Source: the human T2T-CHM13v2.0 reference genome, Homo sapiens
Strand: one strand, 5' to 3'
Assembly: GCF_009914755.1 (NCBI RefSeq)
Contig: NC_060938.1
DNA: 64,000 nt
The position numbers and the translations under genes were made by a program. The notes beneath the pieces are model-generated. The model had not been told where the DNA came from. It ran no database searches and saw only the letters and a list, made by a program, of their open reading frames with translations. Positions 1 through 15,684 of this stretch are shown here, piece by piece. Within the stretch, counting starts at the first letter, position 1; the number at the start of each line of letters is the position of its first letter.

Positions 1-60
1 CCACTGTACTCCAGCCTGGATGACACAGCAAGACCCTGTCTTAAAAAAAAAAAAAAAGCA

Positions 61-1530
<1,470 letters not shown>

Positions 1531-3741
1531 GTTTAACAGACCCCACACTTTCTTACTTTCAATAATAGTGCATTTTTATCATCCCTTTTCTTTCAACGAG
1601 TACTGCATGTTGATAATTGTTCACACTATGTAATGGGTACATTTGGGTTCAGTATACTATTCTCTCAACCCTTGATCACACAGTCTTTCCATAAGTATTG
1701 CATGTTGGTTACCCCGAGTGTGAGACTTCATTGCTACCTTCTGTACCCATGATGGCCTGGGCTGATGGGACAAAGGAGGCAAGGGGAGGCTGGGCCCTCA
1801 GCTACCAGACCAGGGCAGGGTTCAATGTCACAGCTCTGTCAAGGGAGAAGGGCTGCAAGGGTGCTGCTCCCAGGTGTGCTGAACAGAGAGGTAGCCAGGT
1901 AAGGCAGATGCCGATGGTGATGACGTAAGTGCTAGGTGTCCATGCTCCTTGCGAGGCTCCATCCCCCCAGCCCCTCTCCTCACTCTCTGGAGCAGTGGCT
2001 GCCATGTGCCTGGATACCAAGGGACCAGTGAAAGTGGTGGAATAGAATCGTGACCCAACCTGTGCAGAGCAGATGGCTCTGGCCCACCCTCCCTTCACCA
2101 ACAGCCCCCCACCCCCAGCCTGTCTGGACAGCTAGATGGGGAGCCCAAGGCTGGGCTCTTGTGGGCAGGACAGAAGGAGAGCCCATCAAGAGCTTGAGAA
2201 GCGATGACCTGGTGGCCCTGCCCCTCCCATAGTGCCAAACCGCTCTCACTGAGGGCCCATCTCCTGAACTCCTCTGGCATTCAGAGCCCAGACGTGCATT
2301 TGTGCTAAATGCCTAACCTCATCTCTAAGCTTCTTCAAGGCAAGGCCCAGCCTTTATAAGCTGCCTAGATTGCCCCAGTAGCCAGCACAATGCTGGGCTG
2401 AGGCTACGTGCTGCTCAAATACCCGAGGGTTGAACTCACGCAGAGGCAACCCTGGAACCGCCCTATCAAGGGCACAGAGATGAAGGTACATCACAAGGCT
2501 GGAGTCCACTGGCACACGCACATATGCATGCAGCATTTGTAGAGTACCCACCACAAGCCAAGCACAGTGCTAGGAGTCCAGTAACAAGTGCACAGACCAG
2601 CCACTGACTCTGTGGGGGCTCCCAGTTGGAAATACTTGCTCACCACCACTCTCTGCACAGAGGTCCCTGGATGGGAAACATGGTCAAGTTGTTGGAAACA
2701 GGGTCCTTCCTCTCCAAAGTCTCCTACAGCCTTGCTGCAGTAGGTATTCGCTGTGGACATGACATTCCTCCTCTTAGCTGGCTGGTCTTGTTGTGGCCTT
2801 TTGGCCCAAAGCTGTTGGCCACTGTCCTTTAGCCCAAGATCTGCCCCTGCCACCCCAGAGCTGTTGATGGCACCAGCAGACAGGAAACAATGAAGCTCTC
2901 AAGCACTGTGCATGGGAGCCATGGGCTGCCGGGCTGCCAGGCTGCCAGCCGGATTCCGGATGAGTGACTGGGGGTGCATGCCCATTGGGTTATTTTTTGA
3001 ATCAGACTTTGCATGGCTCATTCCATACTCCTGGGTTCCTGCAGAAGTAGGCTTTCTGGAGAGAAGGCACACCTCCCTCTATCAGTCTACAGGCTGTCAG
3101 GCTTGTTTTTCTTGATAGGAGGCTTAATCCTTCACCATGTTCAGCACTGGAGTAGAAGGTTTGGGCTCAGATTTCTTAATATTGGATCCTTGATTTTTCT
3201 TCTTCTTCTTCTCTAGCCTTTAATTTACTGGAAAAAATTAATAGCAGAGACCGTGCTACATAATTTTGCCCAGAGCAGGCTGTGGGTATACAAGAGCCCC
3301 ACCCTGCAAAGGACAGCAAAGGAAAACAATCCTAAATGGGGCCTGGCAGTCACAACAGGCCTGCTGGGGCAGCTGGCATCTAGCACAGGGCGCAGGAGGG
3401 GACCTGCTCGGCTGGTTGTGAATTGTCCAAGGCCACCTGCTCGGCATTCTTCTAGACACGCCCATCCTGCTGGGTGTGTTGTGTGTGCGAGCGTGCACAT
3501 GGGATCCAGAGTGAGCTAGAGCATGCGGGCCCCTCGGCCCAGTCATGAGGCTCATCTGCTCCACCTCACCCACCAGGCAGATTCTGCTCAAGGGGTCCCT
3601 GAAGGGGAAGGCTGAAAAACGATGGCTGACCACTGTCATAACCAGCCCTGGGCAAGAAACACGGGGCAGACACCAGATGCACTTGCAGTATCTGCACCTG
3701 GCACAGTGCCTGCCACCCGGCACTGCAGAAATGCAAACTGA

Positions 3742-4314
<573 letters not shown>

Positions 4315-5949
4315 TAACAAAACTAAAAAATGGCTGCACTACCCAGGACATCTGATGGCAGACACATCTAAGATTTGACAGTATTTATTGAGTATTAAAT
4401 GCCAGGAACAATTCATGGGCTTCTCACACTCCTTTAAGCCTCACAATGGCACTTGGTGCTATTATTGTCCTCACATAATGGCACAGGAAGCCAGAGCAAT
4501 GTCACCCCAAAGGTAAGGGTTGTAGCTGGCATGGCAGTCCAGACAGGCGGGCTCAGAGCCCCTAGCCCTACCCGCTCTGGCAGTCATTCTGAAGCTCCCT
4601 GGGCTCCTTCCCAACACCGACCCCAATGAAACACCAAGCAAGGACAACACTTACCAGCAGGGTGATAAGGGTTTGCCAGGAGAGCCTCCAAAACCCATGC
4701 ACAGGCCTGCCTGGTGCAGTCACCCAGTCCTACCTATAGTTAAGCCTGGCTTAGCCAAATTGGTTTTCTCCCTGAGGAAGTTAACTAGAAACTATTTTTT
4801 ATTCCCTTCCCAAGGGAACTTTGGGGATGTATGAGTTAGCCGCTGCCCTAGTAAACCCTAGACACTGAAGGAAATTCTCTATTCGCTATCTAGCAGTGTA
4901 GACATTGACAAACTCTTTTTTCCTACCTGGGTTTCCTCTTCAGGCTAGAGAAACAGTTTTGAAGAAAGGAATGCTCTAGTTTCATGTTCCCAGAGGCTTT
5001 TGAGAATGCATCCTGGTGACCAGGCCTGAGAGAGACCCTTGCTCTGGCTGGATTATAAAACCTGCCTGGGGACCAGAGGCCAGCCTAGGCATGCTACAGA
5101 AATGAGTGCTGCCCCATGTCATTACCCCTGCTTGGGGCTTCTAAAGGGGCTAGTGTAGGCAGCCCTCAGCTTTCTTCCTTCTCAAGTTTAAAAACTGGGT
5201 AGCTCAGCCAGCCCCCTAGAGCATTGGAGGCATGCTGGGAGCACGTAGACTCATCAAGGCAGCTCTAAGGGTTGAACTATTTAACAAGCCCGCCTCCCCC
5301 ACCTTCATCCTGACCTCAGAACCACTTCGCTAATTCAGCTCAGCTGTGCCTAACTTCCCCAACAGCGTCCTTTTGGTTCCCCGGGTTATATTACTGTTGG
5401 GAGTCAAACCTGAGTGACTTGAGGACCACCTGAAAGAGCTTGTTAAACTGACTGGTGAGCCACGGCACACTTTAGATTAGAGGGGTTAGAGCCCAGGAAT
5501 CCTTTTAACAAGCAGCCCTGGGCATGATCCAAGGATCCCACTTTGAGTAACACCACATGGGGCTTCTGAGCAGTTCTGCCTGGGCCTCCAAAAGTGTCCA
5601 AACCTGAGAGATGCCACTGAATCGTGGTGGGAGGGAATGGGCAGAGCCTCACTCGAGTTGACACCAGATCTAATTAATGTACCCACAGGGGCTGCTTTAG
5701 TCTCGAAGAGTTTGTCAGTCCAGTCCTGGTGTCACCTTGCTCTCTTTAGTCACTGTGCCTGGTAAGGATGGGGCACATCTCTGAGGAGTGGGAAGCATTT
5801 GTGATATACCAAGAAGTCAACCCTTACTCACTTTAGGAAAGGTGTCTGGGAGCTGGCTTTTTCCACCTTGCTGAGTCAGCCCTGGTTACATGCTTTGTGT
5901 AGATAATGACAGCAGAGGCACCTCAGTGCTTGCTTGGTCCTGAGGTCAA

Positions 5950-6130
5950 GCACATTATAAGCATTATCTCATTTAAGCCTCATAACCATCTCATGAGGCT
6001 AGTGCTATTATTATCCTCATTTTATAGATAAAGATGCTGAGGCTGGGAGAAGTAACACAGCCACCGAGTGGCAGAGACAGGACTGTGAACCCAGCCAGTC
6101 TGCTTTCAGAGGCCAAGCATAAAACACACA
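5950..6130. mobile_element. MIR fragment
   Basis: Core-like ATTATCCTCATTTTATAGATAAAGATGCTGAGGCT. Confidence 0.7.
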
Positions 6131-7984
6131 TGATACTATCAGAAACAGAATTCTGCTTACTTCAGTCCCAGTTCAGGGCTCTGGCTCCTATTGTCTACTC
6201 AGTCTTGTTTTTTAAACCTGTCTCAGCTAAGATGACAGCTCTGTGAGCTTAGATTCTTTACCTAAGAAGTTGTTGATGTTTTACAATGGGGTTAGCGTAT
6301 CAAGAACTTTAAAAACTGGGCCATTTTAAATACCCTTGCACTTGGGGCAACTGTAAAGGTAGGGAAATAGCACGCTTAACAGACTCCTCAGTGAAGCCAC
6401 CTGCCACAGTGACCAAGCAAATCTACAGCTTATCTGGTTTTGTGTAAGTGAGTGTCCAGAGTAATATAAAAAATAAACCAGAGATTACCATTACTGTGAG
6501 AGAGTAAGCTATGGTCCGACTTTGGTATCCTGAGGGAATACTCACACTCGCTTCCTAGACACACATACCAGAAGGGGCTTGCTTGGCTGTGACTTTGACT
6601 TGGCCTTTTCAGCTGAGCAGTTTCCAGGCGGAGCTCCCCTGCCCTGTGTTCCTGCCCAGGAAGCTGCTTCCAGTGGTACCTCCACCCTGTGCCAAAGTCC
6701 GCTCACCATGTCAATCAGGTGGTTTGGATTTTCCTAGGTGAACCAGCCACCTAGCCACTGTGCCCCTTGTCTGAACTGGTTTACTGAAATCTAGAGAAGC
6801 CTAAACTCAATCCTTTGTCCAGCCAATACACTGGAGCCAGGGACTGGCTCTCAGGGACACCACCTGTCCTCATGCTGGCTTGACTGCCCCTTCCTGTTTG
6901 CTATCTCCCTACTGGGTGCCAGCTTCACATGCCTTCCATCTCTGCATCAACATGGCTTCACCCACAGCTCACTTCTAACACCAATACTAAGCAAACCAAC
7001 TGTATACTTAAGCCCAGATATACAAAGAGATATAGTTAAGGGCAATGAAAAAGAGGAAAGCATGTTAACCTTGAGGGCTTTAGGCAATAAGCTGATTCTC
7101 ATTTCCATTTCTTCCTTACTGCAGTTTCTTTCCTCTATCTTGAAAAGAAGTGCCTTTATAAATGGGATCTTGCTTTCCCAGCATTTTTCTTTTCCTTAAT
7201 GTAATCATGGCCTTTGGAGGCTTGATCATGTTTCAAATTGACAAGACCCATCTGCCCCAGCTCCCATTAAACAAAAAAAGATATTACGGATTTGACATAC
7301 AATTGATAGGAGCCACAGTGCTCTCCACCACTCTAAAGATGGTGACAAATCCAAGAACTGATTTGACTTGACTTCCTCTCTGGGTCTAGGAACAGCAGTA
7401 TTTCCTGTCAGCCAGACAGGAAAACCAACACTGAGCTGCGTTCTGGCCATAATTCCTTTTTCTTCCAAGGTCAAACAAGTTCAGGCTGGTGTTGGGTCCC
7501 AGTCTGAGTAGAGCTAACTCGGTGCAGTTGGAGCCTTCTTGACTTCCAGTCCTTGGCAGCTCTGCTGCCTCCTCTTAATAAACTGGAACTATCTAGAAAC
7601 TGAAAGGTCCTGGAGAACAGCCACCTCTGAACTGGGCACTCATTACCAGGAGAACCTGAACCACAGCTCTGGGCTACCAATTCCCCCAAAGGTCACTTGC
7701 TTAGCAGAAACTAGATCTAGAAATGTTGCCACAGCTAAGGCTACATCCCTGTTGAACCTCAAAAGCCTCATCCAATGAACAAAGCCATCACCACCCATTT
7801 ACTCTCTCAGGCTGAGCTGAGAAAGGGGAAGCAACTCTGGCTTATGGCTGCTCCTGGTTCTGCAAGACCGGGTAAGCCACCTCCACTTCTCACTCAGACT
7901 TACATTGAGGCCCTAACAGCTTCCAGAGGGGTCTCTCATCAACCACCTTGGCCTTAACAAGGGTAAGAAGACACCACCACCAAG

Positions 7985-9333
7985 AAGGATAAAATAAGTT
8001 TTTATTTATAGTCTTATAGTAAAGGGGGAAGCCTTAACTTGCAAGACAATTCTTCGGCAGTATGTACAACATACTTTTTATTTCCATGGAATGGAATCAA
8101 ACACGAACTGAGACTACAGAGTATACACTAGAAATCAGCAAATGCCAGGAACGGAGTAGGAAAAAGACAAAGAAATGAGGCCTAAACACACAAAACCCTT
8201 CACTGGCATCTGCTGACCACAGCCAGAACCAGGGCTGGATCACACAATGGAGACAGGTTCCAGGACAGTAGGAAAGGAAGTGGGATGAGGGCTGGGAAGG
8301 GTCCGCACTGGGGTGCGGGTTTAGTACCAGGTAAATTGCTCTTGGTATTTACATACAAAATCAGTTGGCTCTATTTCTTAGAAATACACACGGGAAGAAA
8401 GAAAGATTTCATCATTACTTTATGAATCTGTCGCTTTGCAAGACCGACATCATCAGAAATAGGTACAATTCACTCAGATTCAAATTTAAGTAGCAGGAAA
8501 TAAATATCAAAACATCATCACTGGCCCTCAATACAAAACCTCTATGCCACCCAAAACACCCTCCCTGTCCCAACCCCAAATGGCCACTCCCTGGTGGCTG
8601 CTGCTTCACTGCTGCCATCTCCCATACATACCACGAGAGTGTCACACGGCCCTCCGTGAGGCTGGCGCCGCAGGCTTAAACAGCTGGCTGAGAGAAGCAG
8701 GAGTGAAACATGCCAGCGACTCTGTGCTGCGAATCTGTCCCCACTTCCTTTTTATACCACAAACTTCTCTAAGGATCTGGTCTTTCAATAGGAGCGATAC
8801 ATAGCTTTTTAGAAAAAGGAAAAAAAAAAAACCCTTAAAAAGGAGGAGGGTTCATTCTGATTACTCCAAACCGGTCATCTTCTCAAAGTAGAGCAGTTCA
8901 GATTCACAAAGTCTATCAGAGGTGAGGGCGGGCCAGGAGGCCACCTGGGCAGGGCAGGCGTCCCCCGGGCATGTGCCCGGCAGGGCTGGAGGAGCTGGTA
9001 GGGTGGGCAGGACACTATGTGCTCAGAGGTCCGGCCGGCCGTCTGTCCTCCACAGAAAAAGCTGCCAAGTTGGGGTGTTTTGGTTTAAAAATTCCTGTTG
9101 GGGACAGGGAATCCCTGAAGGGAATACATTAAAAAATATACAGTGGAAATGGGGAAGGAGAACGAGAGCTGTTGTCCAAGAGCTTCTACGTAAAAATAAA
9201 AATTTAAAAAAAAAAGGGAGAAAGAGAAAAATAAAGAGTCTCTTAAATGGTTCTGAGGGCTCTACCAACGAACTGAAAGGAGGATGAGACGATGGAGACA
9301 GACAGTTTTTATTGCTGGCCTGCCCCGAGTGGC
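7985..9333 (-). other. MAX: MAX 3'UTR (about 1.35 kb)
   Basis: Runs from the stop codon to the distal AATAAA (8001-8006), followed by a GU-rich downstream element; repeat-free. The end coordinate is approximate. Confidence 0.85.
8001..8082 (-). terminator. Distal poly(A) signals AATAAA (8001-8006 and 8077-8082)
   Basis: TTTATT on the + strand at both positions; TGTA elements upstream; GTGGTGGTGTCTTCTT downstream. Confidence 0.85.
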
Positions 9334-9521
9334 TTAGCTGGCCTCCATCCGGAGCTTCTTCCTGCTTTGGGGCTCTTCAGGCTCAGACTCCGAGCTGGAG
9401 TCCGAGCCCCCATCGAAGGCAGAGATGGTGCTGCCCTTGGCGTTGGTGTAGAGGCTGTTGTCTGAGGAGGGGTAGTTGGTCTGCAGTTGGGCACTTGACC
9501 TCGCCTTCTCCAGTGCACGGA
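9334..9521 (-). CDS. MAX: MAX last coding exon ([14 protein letters not shown]...[12 protein letters not shown]), with acidic region and NLS
   Basis: C-terminal part of ORF 9334..9678; TAG acceptor at 9522-9524; TAA stop at 9334-9336. The five exons sum to 483 nt (160 aa plus stop). Confidence 0.99.
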
Positions 9522-10185
9522 CTAAAAGGCAACCAAGGGAGTGTGTTACTGCCTTCTGGAGACTTGGGGAGTAACCGAGTCTCAGACTCAGGGTCCAGCC
9601 TGTTCTTCCTAAGGGCTTGCTTGTTGGCCCCCGAGGCTCAAGATGCTCAGAAGTAGCTCCCTTCGGGTGGCTGTTCACTCACACACTTCATTTCCCTCCC
9701 GCCTTTCCCAGCTGGACCTGGGAGCCAGCAGACACTCTGCAATCCCACCCAACTCTGAAGAGAAGGCTTGTGATGTCACCGTCCTGCCGTGGAAGCCCCG
9801 TGGAGAGACTGGAGCGTGAGCTCCCTGTGGGATTCAGCAGTGCAATAACAGAGGAGAAGCTGGCCCAGGAGCATGAGGCTCCACAAGGTGTGAGGCCACA
9901 CAACAGCAGGAAAGGATGACATAAGACGTATCAGCCAAAGAACAGTTTTGGCTTAGCTCTCGTGTACAAGATCCACTTGGAATGACAAGCTGGACACTTG
10001 GAAGCAAGTCACCAATACACATAAAATACCTGGGCTTTTCAAATAGCCCCTACATGCAGGCTGCCTGGCCCAGTAACCAACCCACTGACACCACCCACTG
10101 CCCATCCCTTGGTTCAGCTCAGCTTGAGCCTGGAAGGTCAACCCATTTAATTTATTTTATTTTATTTTATTTGAGGTTTTCTAAC

Positions 10186-10286
10186 CCAGGTGGTTACTTG
10201 CATTTCCTTTTACTTGCATCTTCCATGAGGGAGGAAGAGAAGTGAATTCCCCAGGAACAAAGAACTTGATCAGCTCTCGCTTTCCC
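10186..10286 (-). CDS. MAX: 101-nt alternative cassette exon giving delta-Max (adds GESES*, 103 aa)
   Basis: Acceptor ...CCACAG at 10287-10288; the frame from exon 4 reads G|GG GAA AGC GAG AGC TGA; donor TGG/GTTAGA at 10185. Matches the known truncated isoform. Confidence 0.92.
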
Positions 10287-10660
10287 CTGTGGTTGTAGGA
10301 AAAGGCGGGTGTGAGCATTGAGAACAGCATGGGCCTAGCCCATAGGCTGCCCTGATTGGACTACCATTGACAATGGGGAGGGCTCACTGTCCCTGAACAC
10401 CTGGAGTCTCTGGTACTTACACAGCACATTCCACTCCAAGGACCTCAAAGCTCTTTTCAGACACCTGATGCCAGGTGTGATCCCTACTGCAGGCAGAGCA
10501 CCTGAGCCCCAAGAAGGGGAGAGGTCAGGCCAGAAAAGATACAAGTCTCCAGATGTCCAACTTCCTAGCTTCCACTGTCTCCTCACTGGCGCCTCAGGTC
10601 CTTCCTCAGGACGGCTCTAACACTCAGTTACTCAGGCCCCAAGAAGCAGGACCAAGCCTG

Positions 10661-10770
10661 CTACTGAGCACATACTCCATGACTGGCTCTGACTCTGCAG
10701 GCCCAGGTGCCAAAGCCTGACCTGGCTGGAGCACAGCAGGGCCAGCTGCCCCACGAGCTCGGGTGCTCAC
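10661..10770 (-). CDS. MAX: Intron-4 read-through C-terminus ([10 protein letters not shown]...HGVCAQ*, 134-aa isoform)
   Basis: ORF 10661..10972 continues in frame past the exon-4 donor. Corresponds to the known intron-retained isoform. Confidence 0.8.
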
Positions 10771-10894
10771 CTTGCTGCTCCAGAAGAGCATTCTGCCGCT
10801 TGAGGTCGTCAATATCTTGCTGGTGTGTGTGGTTTTTCCTTCGCATATACTGGATATATTCTGTGGCTTTGTCTAGGATTTGGGCCCGGGATGC
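10771..10894 (-). CDS. MAX: MAX exon 4, helix 2 and leucine zipper ([41 protein letters not shown])
   Basis: Contained in ORF 10661..10972; CAG acceptor at 10895-10897; AAG/GTGAGC donor; 124 nt. Confidence 0.99.
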
Positions 10895-11045
10895 CTGTGG
10901 CAATATGAGAAAAAGCACAGGGGACAAAATAAAAACCCAATCCAGGCAGTGAGGGAACCTGGCCTGCAGCAACTGCTTGGGTGGCTGGAAACGAGAGGGT
11001 AAGGTGGGAAAAGGCTGAAGAAATACAATAATGGCTACTGTAGGC

Positions 11046-11745
<700 letters not shown>

Positions 11746-14700
11746 TAGTCTCAGAGGTAGCTCTACTAAGAACCCAAGGATCAGAGAAGTACACCGCTTT
11801 ATTCAAAATCACCAGCTGCACAGTAGCATGGCCTGGCTTTAAACTCAGAGCCATCCGACTCCTGAACTGTACTCCTCCCATCTCCTCTGGTTCTTTAGGT
11901 TGCTTTAAAGTCTTTAGCTTGGCTATGTCTGGAAACATTAAAATACTACTTAAATGAAAGCTTTAGGTCACTAATTCTGCTAGGGCCTGGCTTGAGACAG
12001 GAATGGGTACAATGTGTTTCATCAAGACCCAAGATTCCAGCCAAACTCTGAAACCACTGTTAACTATTCCGAACTGAACAATGCTGCTGTGTCACTACTT
12101 CAGCCTTCCTGGCTAAAGAGACTTTCATAAAAAGCTGTCGGTGCTTGATGTCAACACAGGAAGAGCATGAGATTGGGCCATTTCAGGAAACAACCACACC
12201 TCTACAATGGCTGTGGGTTGCCTGGGTACTGCCTTGCTAGAGTAAGTTCGTAAGTCAATAACATGGATGTCATGTTACTGTGCCCCTAGACATCAAACTT
12301 GTCTGGGAGATTCTCTCCAGGCTACAAACATAGTCAGAGTTACTTATGGCCAGGCAGCCAGCCAAACTGGTAGAATAGTACAAAGCCAAGCGAAGCTCAA
12401 GGCGGGGTAGCCTAGTAGCTTAAGTATGGCCTTCCAGCCAGAGACTCCTGAGCAGCCGGAAAGCTTCTTACTCAGGGTAGGGAGTGCTTGACAATTCTGT
12501 ATTACAAGCCCAATGGGTCCTAAACAACCAGAACACAACAGCGGGAGAAAGACAAAGAAAACATGTACACCGTGGCTAGCAAAACCAGATCTACTCATAT
12601 TAAATCCTAACAATCTCAATTTATAGGCCTCAGTTTGGGCTGAGTTTCAGAAAGGTTTGTAAGGCCCGTGCTTATTCATAAGTCCTCACAAGTACTAGAA
12701 TTTCCAGGCTTTCCTCTTTAGCACCCTTAAGGTAATTTCCTCAAGGAAATTGTTCATAATCAACCATTTTTATCAGGTGCAAATTACGTACAAGATACTA
12801 GGCAGATACTGTGGGGAAACAAAATGTATTAGTCATGGCTTCTTTGCCCCAAAGCTTACTTACTATCTAGTTGAGGAGATAAATATGTCTATACATGGAA
12901 ATATCACAGGGCAGTGCTGACAAGCGTAACCTGACTAGCAGAGACTAGAGACACCACGGGAAAGATGGCTTCTGGCTGGGGTGATTACCTACTGTGTGCT
13001 ACGCATTGGCCTTGGTGCTGCATGTGTGCATGCAACACGCTCCTATCTGAAATGGTGAGCCCTGTGTTAGACCAAGGTGGCGTTTGGAATAGCACAGTCA
13101 AGATGGGATGGGGAAAAAGTGAGATGCGTTTCTTTAGTTGAGTCAGTCAGCTTATGCAGAAGGAATGAGAGTTCCTAGCCTAGCAATGGATACTTCAGAC
13201 ACTGTTTCCCATTTCTACAAAGGGACCTTATTAGGGTTTATTAGGTGACAAAATGGGGTGGAAAAAAGGAGCACATAATTAGAAGGGACTAATTAAAATA
13301 CCTTCCTCTCTGGATACTGGAGATGGAATGAAAAATGATTAGTATTGATAAGAGGTGGTAGAGTGGCAAGGAAGAATTTGGGAATTAGAGGACAGAGGAG
13401 TGCTCTGCATGCTTGTCATTAATGGGTTCTGTAGCTGCAGACACATTTCTCACCTTGCCTATTCCTCATCTGACTAGAAATTCTCTAAGACCCCATCTAG
13501 CCCTCCAAAGTCTACCCTTTCCATCACTGATGTAATTTACATCCCTCTATTTAAATTTGCCTATGTAAAAGCTATTTTTTCAACTAATAGTTCCCAGAAG
13601 GCAACATTAGCTCTTAACTACCCATGTGCATCCGGGACAAGGGAAAAAATGCACAATCTCTGAAACCAGAGAGCACTTGCAAATGTTCAGTGATAACTTT
13701 TAATGAATGACCAGACTGAGTAACAGCCTTTTTGCTACCAGTTTCTCCTTCAAATATTTATACATGAAACCAGGGAATTAGGATCAAGAAGTGAAAAGTG
13801 AGCAGTAAGCACAGCAAAACAAGCCAGAAGAGAGAAAAAGATCTGTGAGGGATGGCAGTTTCCATTTCAGGGTAATTTTTGGATGAAGATAAAATTCATA
13901 GATGTTCAGAACATAGTGTCTTGGGAACAACAGGAGTCCAAAGAAGGCTGGATTGGTTTAAACTCAGAACGAGGCCTTCAGAATGCTAAGCACAGCCCTT
14001 CCTCCATCCTCTGCTGAAAGCAGAAGTGCCCCTGGTCACTTAGGGTGCCCTGATCCCTCAGCAAGTCCAAAAGAATGGTTCAGAGTTAACTTTATTTTAC
14101 TCTTCCCAGGGTACCCAACAAGAATTAAGGCCCAACAAGAAAAAAATTTAAAGCACAAAATACAGAAATACCCCAAATTTGCATGTGCATGTAGTCCAGG
14201 AAAGAAAAAGCAAAAGGCTGAAGCTAAAAATGCTAGACTCACCTGCAATCCTCCCCTCCCATCTTTCCACTCCATACAAGATCATGTGGCCAAACACAGG
14301 ATGAAGGTGGGGGCAGGGCCTTCCTTGTCTTTATGAGTTTATAATATGTGACCAGCAAACACGAAACCAGCAAGAAACCCTGGGATTTATGGCATGGACT
14401 ATGGAATAACCCTGGACTTTCAGTTTCTGTTTTCTGAAAATTGCTCTAAGTCAGCTGAGTCAACTGCCTATCTTCATGTGAGTGTGACTGATCAGATAGA
14501 ACTTGGTAAGTCAACATGTCCACAGAGCAAGTGCTGCCTTGGGTACTCAGTAAAAGCCTGAAAATTTTTTTCCTGATAGTTTTTATAATTAGCAGAATCA
14601 TAATTTTGAGTCTGTCTTTGTGAACAGAAATGGCTCTTTAAATGGCTTGGATGGAGCCCTGAGACAGGGTGGATGGTGGCTGAAGGGACTGAAGAGGTAG

Positions 14701-14859
14701 CCAGGCCTCCCATGTAGCCATGTAAGCAAACGCAAAGGGCTCAGCAGGCCTCTCTCTCACCTCTGGGAGCCACACAAAGGGATACTGGGCAGCCTTGCGA
14801 GATCTTGCTCCAAAGCCATGGCTGCACATAGCAACACAAGTGACAATGATGATGGGGGT

Positions 14860-15060
14860 GGTAACAATGGCAGCACTAACACTTACTGAGTACTTACTAA
14901 GTGTCAGGCATCCTCACACAACCTTCTGATGTTTTCCCTATTTTATAAATGAGGAAACCGAGACACAGAGCTGTAATTTACCCAATGTTATGTAAACTAA
15001 TAGGAAGTTGAGTCAGGATTTGAATCCAAGCCTCCAGGACACTCATACTTTGGGAACACA
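14860..15060. mobile_element. MIR fragment
   Basis: CCCTATTTTATAAATGAGGAAACCGAGACACAGAG core. Confidence 0.7.
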
Positions 15061-15339
15061 GGGGAAGCTATGGAACTAATTTAAAAAGATCAATAGAATT
15101 GCAGGGACACTGTTGTCATGGAGGGGAAAGTTGGAGGAGGAAAAGGACTACGAAAGTCACCTGATTTGCCTACAAGGACGTCAAATGGAAGACCCTAGTG
15201 AAGGTGGTTTTCTTGGAGGAGTGACAGCCGAAGCCCAATGGTAAATTGTCTCTGCACCGGTAACAGGCATAAGAATTGAGTTGCAAGTGAGGCAATGATG
15301 AAGACTAGTCTTCAGAATTTGGTTGAAAAGTAAGAAGTA

Positions 15340-15684
<345 letters not shown>

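Noticed and set aside
3400-3450. Repeated ACCTGCTCGGC with partial CTCF-like similarity
   Set aside because: The match to the CTCF core is incomplete and an 11-mer repeat can arise by chance; not supportable without ChIP data.
9522-9678. N-terminal extension of ORF 9334..9678, and antisense ORF 9312..9656
   Set aside because: The extension is intron sequence upstream of the acceptor at 9522. The antisense ORF is a shadow of the coding exon.
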